DNA of 64,000 nt from Camelus ferus (Eukaryota). Positions 12,676 to 26,608 of this stretch are shown in pieces. The stretch is taken from NCBI RefSeq assembly GCF_009834535.1, contig NC_045696.1, positions 122,018,001-122,082,000 of the forward strand, written 5' to 3'. The stretch's first letter is position 1. Every line of letters starts with the position of its first letter. A model generated the notes under the pieces. It was not told the origin of the DNA. It ran no database searches and was given only the letters and a program-made list of their open reading frames with translations. Position numbers and translations under genes: made by a program.

Positions 12676-14752
12676 CGCTGGATTCCCAGAAACTGCTCAG
12701 GAAAGTGATGCCTTCAGTTTATGTGGTATCTACTTCTGATGCTCCTGATCACAGACACTATGGCCTTAACTCCTGTTTATGAGCATCTGGAGGGAAAGGC
12801 ACTGTCTTGATCTAAAATACAACACAAATGAGATTCATGTCAATCACCACACTTTTAAAAATAGTTTCGCCAGTGATTTCTTTTAAATTTTTAAGAGGCA
12901 ACTTGTAAATTGTAAAAATTTCTCCAAGGGTGATTTTTTTCCTATTCATTTTTCTGTGTCATTATTAATGAAGACATATTGGCACTTTTACTTTCTCTGA
13001 GGCATTTCAAGTGTTTATATTTGTTTCTTACAAATATAAGCGTTTCAACCATTCACAGAAATCGCACTAATTTAGAGAAATTAAGCTGTCACTTCTTATA
13101 GAGCTGTTTTAATTCACTTTATCATTTGATATAAAAATTCTACTGAAAAAAAGCAAGAGAAATAATAAAATATATGCTTATAACTTCTTCCATTCTTGCT
13201 CTTATAATGGTATGATATAAAATCAAGTCAAATTTTAAGTGTGAGAGAAGTTTTTGAATATATTCATGACTTACATCCCTCTTAAATTTCTCCCTATGAC
13301 AAGACTAGAGCTAGTTGATTAATAATCAGTAGGAAATGTGTGGAGTCACAAAATACTACTCATCACAGACCAGTTTACACCTGCATGGACAAGTGACAGT
13401 GACATAAGCACACCTCCTGAGTGTTTTTATTTTTGTCTTGGAACAGCTATTAAGACACCTATACATTTCCTGTACAAAAGCTATTGAGAAACAATAGAAG
13501 CTGTGAGGTAACTTCAATTTCCCTTCATCTTTCTAAGCTGGGACTCTGTGTCGCTTTATTACTGCCTGCCGCCTAGCTACAAACGATAATTTTCTCCAGC
13601 TCAGAGAAATTGTCTATAATTTGATTAATTATTGCTTCTCCTTCATGTGTTCTTTTTACTCTTTCTAGAGCTGCTATCATTCACGTGTTAGACCAGCTCG
13701 ATCTATTCTTCCAGATGCTCAGCTTTCTTCATCATGTCATTGCCTAATTTATCCACTAAATTCTTCAACAAATAACTCTTGAGCTCCTACTGTAGATAGT
13801 TATTCTTCCAAGTAGGTGCATATTTTGATGAACAAATTCCTTTCTCTCACGTAGTTTATCTTTTAGTGGGAGATGACAGAAAAGAAAAATCAGATATATT
13901 TCAAGAGAAACATAAAGCAAATGAAAGTGGACAGGAAGCTCTGGTAGTTGCTTTTCCCTCAAAGTTTGCCAAGGACAACTTCATGGGCAAATTACCACCA
14001 GTCTAGCAGAAATTTAGAGTAAGAGTCATGTATACAGCATAGAGGTCAAAGCAGGTCCCCGTTTCTTTATTTTTAACTCCTCTTTAAAATAGTTCTTCCA
14101 TTGAAACATTCTAGATTGCTGTAACTTGAGTCACTATTTCCCTTTGAATTTTTAAAATTAACTTTAATTCAAAAGTGGTTTGTAGCTGCAGTTTTGCTGT
14201 GTACACAAAATGTCTTTGTTCTCCTTTGAACCTCTTTCCATATTTTAACTATAGTTATCTAAGTTGTCCTCTCTTTTCTCCAGAGACTCTAACCCCTTCA
14301 AATTGTATCCATTTTATTCTAACCCATTTTTATCCCTTCCATCCTTAAATTCAAAACTGAGTAGATTCTTTGTGGTAAAGGAGATGGAGAATACCTAAGT
14401 AGACTGATTCTGACCCACCTTCACTAGTGAAAGTGTACTGATAACGTACCCACTCTCTTCTGCCTATTGTCCCAGTGTTCCTTATACTAACTTACAAATG
14501 CTTACCTAGCTGACAAAGTCAGAAAAGTCTGCAGAATTGCTTTGTTGAGAGAGGCTGAGACCTAACTCATTTTAGTCACACAAGGTTTCCACCGACAATT
14601 TTGGTCAAAGAAGGCAGTTGCTTTAAATATGAGGAGAGAAGTGAGAAACCCATTTCAGATCATTATTTGCCTAGAATAGCCAATGGATAGTTATATTTTA
14701 TACAAACTATTATTTTATAATCAACATGAAAATGTTGCAGAAACCTGAATTC

Positions 14753-15459
14753 TGTTGAGAGACAAAGTGACACTCGGAGGGTTGGAGTACTCGGGTTTAT
14801 TTCACCTGTGGGCCCAGAGGAGTTAACACTCCAAGCTCTGGACCCCATTTGTAGGTTTACACAGGATTTTATAGGGTTTTAGGTTTTGATTAAGTTTGCA
14901 CCATGTGCAAATTAGGTGTTAGAAATGGACCAATCTGGAACGAGCTTTTGAGAACCAATGGAATTTTAGGGGTAAGTTTCATTTTCCTAGAAGCAAGCAG
15001 ATTTACAGAAGCACAAAAGTGGGAAGGCAGTGGCCTTGCCTTGGAGGTCTTGCTGGTCCCTTTGTGGGTTTTTACCCTTAAAAACTATTAGGAAACAGAG
15101 AATATTTTCAGGAGACTGGAGGGTAAGTGGGATATAAATGATTATGATGAATAGGTTAAAGGTATCATTTTCAGTGGTAAAAAGGGAGATAATATATGGA
15201 AAAGCAGAGAGGAATTGCAAAGATACACATAAAGAAAGAAAAGAAAGATAATGGAAATAAAATATCTCAGTGGAAAAGCTAGGAGAAAAGAAAGAAAACA
15301 ACTTTATCCTCTCCCCCTGTGTTTGTTTCTCAAGATGATTTCCTATAACTGCCTTAAAAGCATCTCCATTATTGGGCTGCATTTTGTCAGTTAGGCCAAT
15401 ACTTATTGGACAATTGGCTTTACTCTCTTTCTTGGACAGAGTTCCCCAAACTTTGTTCA
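14753..15459 (-). mobile_element. Solo ERV1-like LTR
   Basis: It has TG...CA termini (tgttgaga / tttgttca), a minus-strand AATAAA near 14796 and CCAAT-like motifs. Confidence 0.7.
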
Positions 15460-15889
15460 ATTACCAATGAAATACATGCTACTCATTTTAAAGAGAAGTG
15501 TCAGGCTATGAGGGGACGCAGCATCCAGAAGTGCAGAATAATGTCAGCAATCCCAGAGCAAAATGGCATCACTGGCATTGTGGTAAATCCTTCAGTAATA
15601 CAGAGATGCCGGCATTAATTGCAGCTGTTTATTTTTTAAGTGTAGAGAACTCATAAAATAAAATAAAAAATCAGTGAATGTAAATATTTAATATATTTCA
15701 AATACAAGTTGTTAGAATAGACATTTTTTCAATGTATCTAGGAAATTATAAATTTTATAAAATAAAACAATGTATAATGCCATTGTAAGTGAATGGTAGA
15801 AAATTATTGAAGCAATGCATTAAATAATGAAGTAACCATAAAACATAGAACAAAACAAAGAAACTTGAAAATTAAATATTATTTGATTT

Positions 15890-16420
15890 TTTTAACAAGC
15901 TAGCTTCAAAGACAGTATGCATCAAAGACAGTGTCCCTTTTGGCTACTTAGTATATCCTTGCTTAAAAGTTTTCAGCTGCTGAAATAGCTCTTTGAAACT
16001 CAATACTATTCCTGGAAATTGAAAGGAGATAGTTGTAAATTAACTCAAAGTTGTTTTCTCTGACTCTGTAATCTTGAAATACTCTTATCACTTGTTTGAG
16101 GAATTGGAGGAGGTTCTTGGTGTATTTTGGGGTGGGGGGCTGAACTATTCTATTATAAGTAAGTTGTAATTTTTGTCTCAAATAGAGCTTTGTGTTTACT
16201 TTTGTCATCTTTGGATTCATCATGTATAAATGAAGATTCCGATGCAGAGTTACTTGTATCAATTTCAACACTGTCATGTTCCATTTCTTAGAAAAAGCCT
16301 TTGAAGTAAGTAAAACCATTCTTAAAATAGAAGCTTTGCAATATTGCTGGATGCTCAGTCTGAGACTCTTATGGGCACAGACAAGTGTATAACAATAGAT
16401 CACTCATTTCATCAGTTTAT
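15890..16420 (-). mobile_element. hAT transposase C-terminal fossil (Blackjack-like)
   Basis: The ORF end ELIYNYLLSISRNSIEFQRAISAAENF resembles the hAT dimerisation motif (LSIPPTSVE.ERAFSAAG). Confidence 0.5.
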
Positions 16421-16599
16421 CTTTTTGGCATAAACTGGACAACTGAGTCACTATCCAGATCTAAAGACACAATGCATCCTATTTCATAGGTTCTTCAAAC
16501 CTTAAAATTAAGTTATCAGAGCAAGTCTCTGTATTTTGGCCATTCAAATGAGCATGATAGACTTTAATCCCAGGAGACAGAAAGTCAATATTAAAAATA

Positions 16600-17110
16600 A
16601 TAAAACAGCCATTTCTCTGGCTTACTGTGTGCTTAGACTGTGGCACAGAAAATCATAAATGCATAAAATATAATGATAGACTGTGATAAGGGCTATAAAA
16701 TTTAAAAAATAAGGACAGGTTAAAGCAGAGAGAGTAGTGGAGAAGAGCTGTTTTAGGAATGTTTATTAAACTCAACAAGAAAGACATCTTTGAGGAGATG
16801 GTATTTGAGTAAAATCCTAAATGAAATGAACATTGAGCACCATAATTTCTGGTTAAAATGTGTCATAGATAGAAAACCAACAAATACAGGGATTTGAAGC
16901 AGATGCTTAAGGTATTCAAGAAACTTCTTGTGGATCAAAGTGGCAGAAACTCAGTACTCAGAGGCACTGTAGTAGAAGGTAATGGGGGAGGGAAAGGCAG
17001 AGACAAAATACAGCCAGCATGATACACATTTAAAGTACTTTAGATTTTATTTAAATGTTACAGGAACCCACTGAGGGAGAGTGGCAGGGGAGTAACATGA
17101 TTTTAAAACA
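16600..17110 (-). mobile_element. L2 fragment
   Basis: Purine-rich antisense L2 motifs (gcaggggagtaacatgatt). Confidence 0.55.
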
Positions 17111-17189
17111 AATACATTCTCTTGTGTACAAAAGAGATGATAAGGAAGAAAAACATTTCAATTCTGCTTTATCTGTAGCTCTCACCATT

Positions 17190-17790
17190 CAAATGATGGC
17201 AATTCTGCCTTTTAACTGCTCAGCTAAAAACTATAGAATCATTAATTATACTCTTTTAAACTCAAACCAGTATAAGGGAATATCCTATCAAGTCCATCTT
17301 AAAAGTCCATCCATAATCTAGCCACTTCTTACATGTCTCCTCTCCCATCCTGCTTCGAATCGCTATCCTCTCCTGTCCAGATCACTGCATTAGCTCTTAA
17401 CTGAGCTCTTCGCATCTATCTGTCCTTCTCTACAGTTGTTCTCCAACATGGCAGCCAAAGCATCCCTTTAAAGTATATGCAAAATAAGTCACCCACTTGC
17501 CAGCAGCCCTGCTGTGCTTCCTATTCACCCTAGGGTAAAAGTCAACGGCCTTAAAATGGCATTCCCGGTCAGCACGTGCCCGCAGCTCCAGTTTCCTGCC
17601 CATCCGCACTGCTTCTCCTTGTCTTCCCCTGACCTGCCACACCAGCCTCATGAGTAGGATCTGAATACACAGGGACTTGGCATTGGGTTCTGCCTCTGCT
17701 GTGAACGCTCGAGATAGCGGCGTGTCCCTTCGCCTCACTCTAACCACTGCCCAGACACTCGCTTTCTCAATGAGAGATTCACTCACCATC
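17190..17790 (+). mobile_element. L2 fragment
   Basis: Contains ccacttct...atcactgcattagctcttaactg...cagccaaagcatccctttaaa. Confidence 0.65.
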
Positions 17791-18110
17791 CTACATACAG
17801 TTGAATGGGGAGTCAAAGCAGGGACGGAACGTGGGAGGCTAACGAGATTTCCAGATGAGAAATTTTGGTAGTTTTAACAAGAGAGTCACTTTTATATAAA
17901 TAAGTGAATAAATGTAAATAGTAAATAGTAAATAGAAAAAGTAAATAAATGAATAAAAATGTTCATACACATGATATATATTTATGGGGAACTTAAAAGA
18001 TTTACTGATATACCAGCAGCAGGCTGAGAGACAAATGAAAGAAATGATGGATCAAATAAAGAACACTGGCAGAAAAGCAAGTTTAATCCTGGGATTAAAA
18101 GTCAACCACA

Positions 18111-18253
18111 GGGGAGGGTATAGTTCAAGTGGTAGAGTGAATGCTTAACATACACAAGGTCCTGGGTTCAATCCTGAGTACCTCCTTTAAAAATAAATAA
18201 ATAAACCTAATTACCTCCCTTACCAAAAAAAAAAAAAAAAAAAAAAAAAAAGC
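18111..18253 (+). mobile_element. tRNA-derived SINE, camelid Vic-1-like
   Basis: Same head and body as 10371, with a long poly(A) tail. TSD-like flanks are aaaagtcaacca (18097-18108) and aaaaatcaacca (~18254-18265). Confidence 0.9.
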
Positions 18254-19299
18254 AAAAATCAACCATTTCTTCATAATATATGAAGTTTGAGATGCCACAT
18301 CAGGTTTGTATGGAAATGGACACCAGTTTACCTGGTTGGATGCAGAATTAAACTGGTTTGGTATTTTCCAGGTCAACAAAACATGAAACAAGGGAGATAC
18401 AGAATTTGAAACTGAATATACATGTATGCTGAGGGTGATGAGCAGAGAAGAGGAATTTCAACCAGGTAACTAGAGGTACCTGTTGGTGGTAGGAAAACAT
18501 GACAGAATTTCAATATTAGGATATGTGATTGAGTGAGCTTGAAGTACATGAAGTGATGATCAGAGAGTGGAAACATTTAAATCAAGGTGTTGCAGGGCAT
18601 GTAATTACAGGTCATGATGAATTAAAAGCCATGACCACGGGAAATGGACCAAGACCAGGAGGAGGAGGGGAAAATATCATAAAATAATTGTCAAAGGATT
18701 TAAGCAACCAAGATGGGTGAATTTGCAAGATAGGTACTGATATCATGAAGAATGCTGACAACAGTGTTAGAGAAAGGGACACAAGCCTGGGGATGGACAG
18801 GAACTAAGAGGAGAGGAGATGCTTGAAAGGAGCCTTGGGAGAAAGAAACAGAGTTCGAGGGAGAATGGTCCACGGCTTAGCCATTGATGAACATGGACAG
18901 GCTTTTGAGGGGGAAGAAGAGAAATGGTGTAGATATGGCAACAAATGAATAGAGCCACCCAAGAGGACTACAGGTCCTCAGGTTTCAGTCAGAAAAAGAA
19001 ATGAAAAAATGCAAAGAGAATGTGGCATTGGAAAATTTGCTGCTGACAAAATGAGATCCTGAGGGAACAGTGTATTGGATACTGAAATGTTGGAGGCTGT
19101 GCAGAGCAGACTGGCACTAAGGTTCATTTGATATGGTGTCCCCTGGAAGATGTAGAGGTTACACGGTACTAATTCAAACCTTACGTACATAGCTCTGTAC
19201 TAACTTCTGTCGTGGTGTCTTATTATTTATTATTTGCAGAGAAATGAGTAGGTCCAGGAGTAATGGAAGAAAGGATTATACATGTATTTTCAAAATGAA

Positions 19300-19313
19300 C
19301 CACTAGGGGGCCA
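19300..19313 (+). promoter_or_regulatory. Candidate CTCF motif
   Basis: CCACTAGGGGGCCA is close to the CTCF core consensus. Motif match only. Confidence 0.4.
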
Positions 19314-20400
19314 GGTGGCAGGGTGACCTCTATACCAGTTCCCGGGGAATACAAAATTATATTCATGGTGGCAGAAAGCTATTCATGATGGTAAAATGTC
19401 AATGGTGTCCCAGATACTTTCAATTGTAATAGAGTTTCAAACCATAATCAGAAATATTAATATTGTGCTTAAACTTAACAAATTTTTTCTCAGTTAAATT
19501 GCAGAATGATTTATTTGAAAGGGAAAGTTGGACTTACACATACAGCTACTGATTTCAAGGAAAGAAAAATATAGCCACTAAGCTTTTGAGATAATTAACC
19601 CCAAGAGATTGAGGTTTCCTGTTGGTTAAGAACTAGTGAGCCACCAAGTGGAAACCTTCCATTATTAGCAAACTCCTCATCCAAAAGTGTGATTGTTTTT
19701 TTTCCCCAAAATTAATGTAAAAATGTAACTTTATTATATGTTGAAATCTGTCTACCTATACAATTCTGTGGTCCAACACTCTATTTCAAAGTCACGATGC
19801 ATGCTTAATTAGGTTGATTTGTGACAGAAACTGAAAATGCTAACTCTCTCCAGGGCTGACATGGTGAGACATCACACAGACTAATGAAATGCTGAAACTG
19901 ACTTGAGAAAAAAAAACATATTTTAATACATTGAATTGACACATAAGTTGGGCAAGCTATAATTGCGACTCCGTGAGTAGGAAACAGGAAAAAAAAAACC
20001 CAAAACAAAACAATAAGCTAAGAGAATAAAATAGAACATCATTATTCCAGGAAATATCTTTGAATTTGAGGGTAGAAAATAAAAGGTTCAGAAAGCAAAA
20101 ATCTGTATATAGAACAAAAATTCTGCTTTTTTTTTTTAAAAGCATAGTGCTTATTTTTCCAATATCGAGTTTCTGGCATATTTTACAAAAGTAACTCTCA
20201 GTAAATATTTGTTTAAATGATTGAGTTTCAGGCTGGAAGAAAAAGACAAACTGATGTAAGATAAAGACACTGAGTAGTTTCATTAACATTGATTTCCTGA
20301 TTTATGTTTCCTCATTTCATTCCAAATATTCAGAATGTGATCATCTTTATATGTAGAAAATATTAGAGGCATTACATTCAGTAAATATTAAAATAGGCAG

Positions 20401-20454
20401 GTGTGTGTCTCTGTGCTGTGTGTGTGTGTGTGTGTGTGTATGTGTTTGTGTGTG
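20401..20454. repeat. Interrupted (TG)n microsatellite
   Basis: Direct reading of the sequence. Confidence 0.9.
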
Positions 20455-20649
20455 ATGGCAGTACCAGCAGTGTCTCCAAGCCCTCATGTGGTCTAGTGGT
20501 CCAGGCCCTTCCCTCTCTGGTGTGCAGCCGAGAGCTCAGAATCTGCCTGCCAGGTCATGATGCCCCTCTGGCCACTGCCCAGCGCTCCTTAGAGGGCTGA
20601 CCCGGATCCTCAGCACTGACTCTGGAGGAGCTTCCGGGCTGTCTATTGA

Positions 20650-22760
20650 GCTCCCTGAGCACCTGACCAGCCCGCACACCCCTGACTTAATGCCGATTCT
20701 CACAACTGCCCCCCTCTGATCTATCTTCGAGGCCACCAGCCTGAACCCCTGATCACCATTCACCACAGAAACCTCCCAATCATGTTCCATCCTCCTCCTT
20801 AAACATCGCAGTTATTTGATGGTACCTTCCCTGTCTCCTCCTGTGCTGTCCTTAACAGCTAACCCTCCTGGGCGTTCTTCTCATTCTAATTCAGTTATTG
20901 ACAACTTGCCCATCACACCTTCCTCTGATACAATCCCAGTCTCACTTAGTTATTTCAATATCTGCAGAGTTGACCCAGTTAGAACCCTAGCTTCTCAGAG
21001 GAGGAGGCTGTCTCAGCTCAAAATCTCAGTCTTCATTCTACCTCCAACCTACTTCCACTGCAGGGTTGTCCATGCTCCAAAACCATCGCACGTGATGTTC
21101 CTGCCATCATCTTAATGTCAAAGATCTCATGCTCCATCAACGGCCTCATTCTCCTTTTTAGCTCACTCCTTCTCGTGCTCTGAAAACAACTCTTCAACCC
21201 CATAATCCATTGCCCCTACCAACTCTCAAATGTCTTTTAGTCTCTCCCTGTACCCTTACCTATTGAATTAGATTATGTGGCTCATTTCTATATTCACTTC
21301 TTGCATATGCCTGAAAATCCCCTGCCCTCTTCTCTCCATTACTGTAGCCCGATCAAGACCCAATTTTAGTTGAATTAAACACCCAAGCTGTTTCATGTGA
21401 ACATGTGAATAACTTCCTGTATCTGAGGATACTGCACAGTACTGTAGACTGAACTCACTCTTAATCCATGATCACTAGCTTCAAGGAGTCCATTATTGCT
21501 GCATATCAGTAATGCTCCATTTTCCTCCTACTCATGTGGATGACTTCACACCTTTTCATTTCACATGACTTCTTATTTTGCTTGAGAAATAGAACAATCA
21601 GAAGACACTTTCCAAATGATTCAACCCCACATATTCAAAATACCTAAATCAGTACAAATATCCTGCTTTGTCTCCATTGTAATTGATGTAGTGTCCACTG
21701 TCCTGCCTAAGCCTGCTCCTCTGTTTGTGTGCCGCACCCCAGCCCATCTCTCCTACTGTTTAAAGATGGCCAATTTTGAATGTCCTTCAGCTGCCACTCC
21801 ATTGCTCTATATTCCTAATACCTTTTATAGGAAAAGTCCATTTCTTTCCCTCCATTCACCTGTGAAATGGGTCTACCCAATATTTTCCACACCATTCTGT
21901 CTGACTGCTCTTTTCAAGGGAGTCCTTATTTCCAATTTCCAATTGCAAAGATCAGTTCTCATTTCCTCTAACTATATTTAGCCACATTGTTTGAGATAAT
22001 ATAGCACTGTCTTAATATTCTTAAAGTATTTCCTATTTCCTGTGATGATTTTTATAGCCCTGACTCACTGACTGCCACTTCTTAGTTTTATTTTCCTGTC
22101 CTTTAATTTCCTCAAATAGAAGAGTGCCCAGGGTCTCATCTGCAGACCTCCCACTTCCCTGTCCAAGCTCCCTTCAAGGTAACCCATCCAGTTTCCTGCT
22201 TTAAATGCCATGTCTTTGTTACTGTAATTCAAACACATATATGAAGCTGAGACCTTTCCTCTAGAATGGAAACTTATGCATCTGAATGCCTCTCTCAGGG
22301 TTCCCACTTAGCTATTGCAGCCAACATGCCCAAACTGATTTCTTGATTTCCACCCTTCCCAACCATGCTGCTTTTTACACACATTTTCTCATTTTAGATA
22401 AATATATTTCAACATTTCAATGGAGCAAAAAAGAAAGCTTAGCATTATCCTCGACTTCTGTTTATCTCTTGATTCACATCCAGTCCTTCAGCAAAATATT
22501 GACTCTTCCCTTTAGAAATATATTCCAAATCTGGCCCTTAATTATCACCATCATGTGACTTCCTGGGGGCAGTGTCAGTCACCACCACCTCTAGGATGTA
22601 CATCATAGCACCTTCCTCACTGGTGTCCTTGTGTCTTCCCTTGGGGTCATACAACAATATACAGTCTAGGAAAAGGACGGAATGGTTCCTCAAAGCAGCA
22701 CCTGCCAACTAGAATGGAAGTCTCTTGAGGGCTGGGCATTCCATCTGTTACACTTGGCTT
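20650..22760 (+). mobile_element. Long degenerate L2 fragment(s)
   Basis: Pyrimidine-rich L2 body motifs (gagtgcccagggtctc, cccatccagtttcctgctttaaatgccat, ctagaatggaagtctcttgagggc). Confidence 0.6.
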
Positions 22761-25544
22761 TTCTCTACTGCTGTAGAAGAGGGTTTCACTGTTATGAGAG
22801 ACTCTTCAAGTATTCTTATGTTATATCTTTCATTTTCTGCAATTACTGTAGCTCATAAACTCCATTTTATTTTCAAATTATTAGCACTCCCAACTAACAC
22901 ATCCTTCAGTAGTTTCAGAGAATCATCGACTTTCTATTCCACCTGCCTGATGACTCCAAGACATCAATTATCCCTTTTCCTTTCCCACCAGGTTGCACTT
23001 GTGCCCCCCATGCTCCCAGTTTGTAGGCACAGGTGAAAATGAGCTCCTGTCTAACCCTGTGTTGCCTGTGGTCAGGAGATGCCAGTTGAATTCTTATGCC
23101 TAATGTCTTAGTGTCTTTCTCAAGCAAGCACTTTTATTTCCTCTCTCATCTAATCATAGGAATTTAGATCCAGTCCATCTGTGCGAGTACAGAAACTGAT
23201 ACCATCATCACCTTTCTATTCTCCTCTCTTCATGTTACTTCTTCCCCAGCTCCACACTCCCCCCAACCCCGGATTCAGAATAGAAGAGAAAATGCTTGGG
23301 TTGAGGTGTGTGGATATAGCAGGGGAGAAGATAAAGGAGGATCTTCCTCATTGGTGCTGTTTGAGTTCAGTGCAGCATCTCAAGAATTTGGTAGAAATAC
23401 ACATTTGCAGTCCTCACTGGGTCATATTGAATTAGAAACTCTAGGGGCAAGAGACAACTATTTTTGTTTTAAACAGCTCTTCAGGAGAGTCTAACATAGC
23501 TAAACTCTGGTGCAGATAGTGTGAGAATCACTTTTAGAAAAATACGCATTTTAAGATAACAATGCACAGATAATTTTTTTGCTAAACGCATTTAAATCAA
23601 AGGGCTTTTATTTTTATTTTCAGTGATTCTCTTAATTTCCTTTGAGAAAAGAGAAATAGTCTTTCAGACTACTTTTTGTCACTGTTTTAACTTCATGCTT
23701 TATTAGTTTATATTGATGACATAGCCGTCACTTCATTCTGAGTCAAAGTTAGGGAATTTTCAACTATCCGTGGTGAGTTGTGGGAGGGATGAGAATCTGG
23801 GTGCTGGAATACTGTTTTTGTGCTTCAGATTTCACCACATTCTTACTGATTTCTGAGCTTAGATTTTCTCTCTTCATTTGAATTGGACTGTGCTATTTCT
23901 GACTCATTAACGCAGTTTAGTTTTTACTCTCCTGTCACTTCCCTAATATTTCCTAATATCTCCTGTCAAGCTCTATTAACCAGAAGTCTAATTTAGCCAA
24001 AGGATGAGACAATGTTTTTAATTATGTAGTTTTAAATGAGCACAATGTATGTTGTGCTTAATGTAAATTCTTAAAGAACATGGGCAATTTCAACAATTAG
24101 AACACATATGTACTGGTTCATATTAATTTCATGAGTTGTTCATTAATTTCAAAGTTGTTACAACTTGTTACTTACTTGATGTATTTATCCTAGAGAAACC
24201 TAACTTGTATCCTTATAACATTCATCCTATCAAAAACATGCTTTATAAAGCATTCAAGATCAAATTCCATAATTTTAAGTTTATTAATGATAGAAAAATA
24301 AACTGAGGCATGACAGTAATACCTCTAGCTATCTCATTTTCCCTTTGATGATAAAATTTAAAACAAAGCCTTCTAGACAACCAGAATCATGCTAATAAGG
24401 GCCAATAAAATTATCATATTTGACAAAGAATGAATTTTATATTTAAAGGTACATTTACCTCATTTATATAATGCTATCCATATTTTTAAAAGTACATTAC
24501 TTTTGTAAGTAGATTCACAAATATACTAGCGCTATAAGGCTTAGAACCAGAAATTATAATTAAAGGGTCAATATCTTTAAAAGGATGGATTTATTGGTAA
24601 GTGAATATAAGATTGCATGCACTCACTAATTTCTAAGGTATTGAAATGATGAGGTTTCTCTTCATTCTCTTTTGAAAATGTCAAATTTTAAAAACTGATT
24701 TTATTTTTTTGGTAAACTTGTGTTTAGATTCCTTTGAAATTGCTCAAAGTACTGTCTACTGTACATCTGTGATGTACATGAATGCTTCTTTTCAGTGTGT
24801 TTTAAGGCTTTCCTGTATCAGAGCTTTTAATTTTCTTTTTTTATGAATATTCTAAAATTTTGAGGCTGTTTACAGCCCTTCATTAATGCCCGACAGAACT
24901 TACTTTAAGCAGCTGGATAAAAGTCAAGCAAGTGTGAACAGTACAAATTGTACTTCTTAATGTTGTGAGGAAGTGTCTACAAAGCTATTTAAAATGGTCT
25001 AAAATTATAGGCCCAGATAACTAGGTCACTTCTGTCATTTAAAAGTTGGTAATTTTTAGCAAGTTTTTATTTAAATAAGGCACTGCTTCCTAAAACTTTG
25101 CTTAAAGATCCTAAATGAAAACTATCAGCTGAGATCTGTGAATTTCAGAAAGAGATAATTACTCTACACTTTCAAAATATAATATTAATGTTGTATGTGT
25201 GCAGTAGAAGTAATACAGTGGATACTTACATCACCTCTTCTTTCTAAACCTTCAGATATTATTCAGTTATCCTACAAAATTCCATTATAAAGCAAAATAT
25301 ATGTTTTATAACTGTATGTTCAAATTCTGTCTGAGAATTTCTCAAGGATTTATTTAAAACCAATACCACAATGTTTAAATATCCCATAAAAACACATTCA
25401 CATTTTTCTACTTTAACTGGAAATAACATATTGTAAGCCATTAAATAAAATTTAAGCTTGAAACAGAACATTGTTTTATTTCAGCCCACATGGCTTTAAA
25501 ATTCATATATTTTTGTTTAAAAGTAGGAAATTAAGTAATCCTAC

Positions 25545-25675
25545 CTACAATGATCATTTTTTGTCATATTTCATACTTGTGGCATCAGTCTTGCAAAGAA
25601 ATGACTCATGTGGTGTTTGAAGTTGCCTACAAAGCAACTTGCTGTCAATATTGGTGAACACATGCATATGACATC
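25545..25675 (-). pseudogene. EYS: EYS exon homologous to human exon 7, with internal frameshifts and an in-frame stop
   Basis: The minus strand reads ttttctag|GAT GTC ATA TGC ATG TGT TCA CCA ATA ... CAT TGT AG|gtagga. It gives DVICMCSPILT / LLCRQLQTPHESFLCKTDATSMKYDK / DHC, versus recalled human DVMCICSPIFTDLLCKSIQTSCESFPLRNNATCKKCEKDYPCS. Read in phase 0, TGA occurs at codon 35. Confidence 0.88.
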
Positions 25676-25804
25676 CTAGAAAAGATTAAAAGGTAATTTT
25701 TTACAAAAATGTTCAGGTATTTCAAATATAATGAATGGATTCTTACATGGGGAGGGGAGAAAACTATTTACATGAGCAGGTAGTAGAATTTCTCAGTGTA
25801 ACAA

Positions 25805-26150
25805 TGTGGAAGGTTCTATTTTCCCAAATATCCCAACATCATTTCCCATGTCGCAACCTGTTCCTACCACGGTATTTCAACACTCCCCTAACTGAGAGTT
25901 GAGGACTGCACTTCCCTCCTTGAGTGGAAGCAAGCTGTGACTCTGGGGAAAATATCTTCTGTGACTTTCAAGGCTAAGTTTAAAAGACCTCTGATTGTCT
26001 TGGGAGGTTTGCTATTGGAACACAGCCACCATGCTGTGAGAAAGGCCAAGCCGCATGGAGAAGTTATACTTAGGGTTCTGGCTGGTAGTTGGGTCTGGTT
26101 GACTGCCAGTATCAACCACCAGACATGTAAGGAAGTCATTAAAATATGAA
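25805..26150 (+). mobile_element. Old MaLR LTR fragment (MLT1F/G-like) in the intron between the two EYS exons
   Basis: Contains cagccaccatgctgtgagaaaggccaagccgcatggag and cagtatcaaccaccagacatgt. Confidence 0.6.
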
Positions 26151-26608
26151 TATGAATTCTTATTATAAGTTCAAGTATCAATCTTATTAAAAGGAAAGAT
26201 ATTCATTTGTAGGAATTATTAAATGATTTCCTAGTCTTTCTTCTTTAACTATTAAATTTAAAAGTTAAAATGTAACAGTAAATATAATGAAATAATAAAG
26301 AAAAATTATGTTAAATAACTAAAAATGAAAATTTAGATGATTACATTTTTACATTTACATTTACATTGTTCACATGGGAGAATTCTGGCAGAAGAACAAA
26401 AAAATGAAATTGAAGAGTGTTTTTGAATTTATGGTTTCTATTTAAAATACGAAAAAATGAAAATAAGTTAAGTAGCTTTTCTGATTTTCCTGAATTAAGA
26501 AATTATAATATGTTAATTAGAATTTTAATTACTTGTACTTTTCAGACAGATTAGTAATGGTAAAAAATAATTTCAAATAGCTCCCTTGTATGATAGAGTC
26601 ACACTTAC

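Noticed and set aside
15406..15618. + strand ORF containing EKCQ, similar to EYS EKCQGVID
   Set aside because: It is on the wrong strand for this locus and the match is only four residues.
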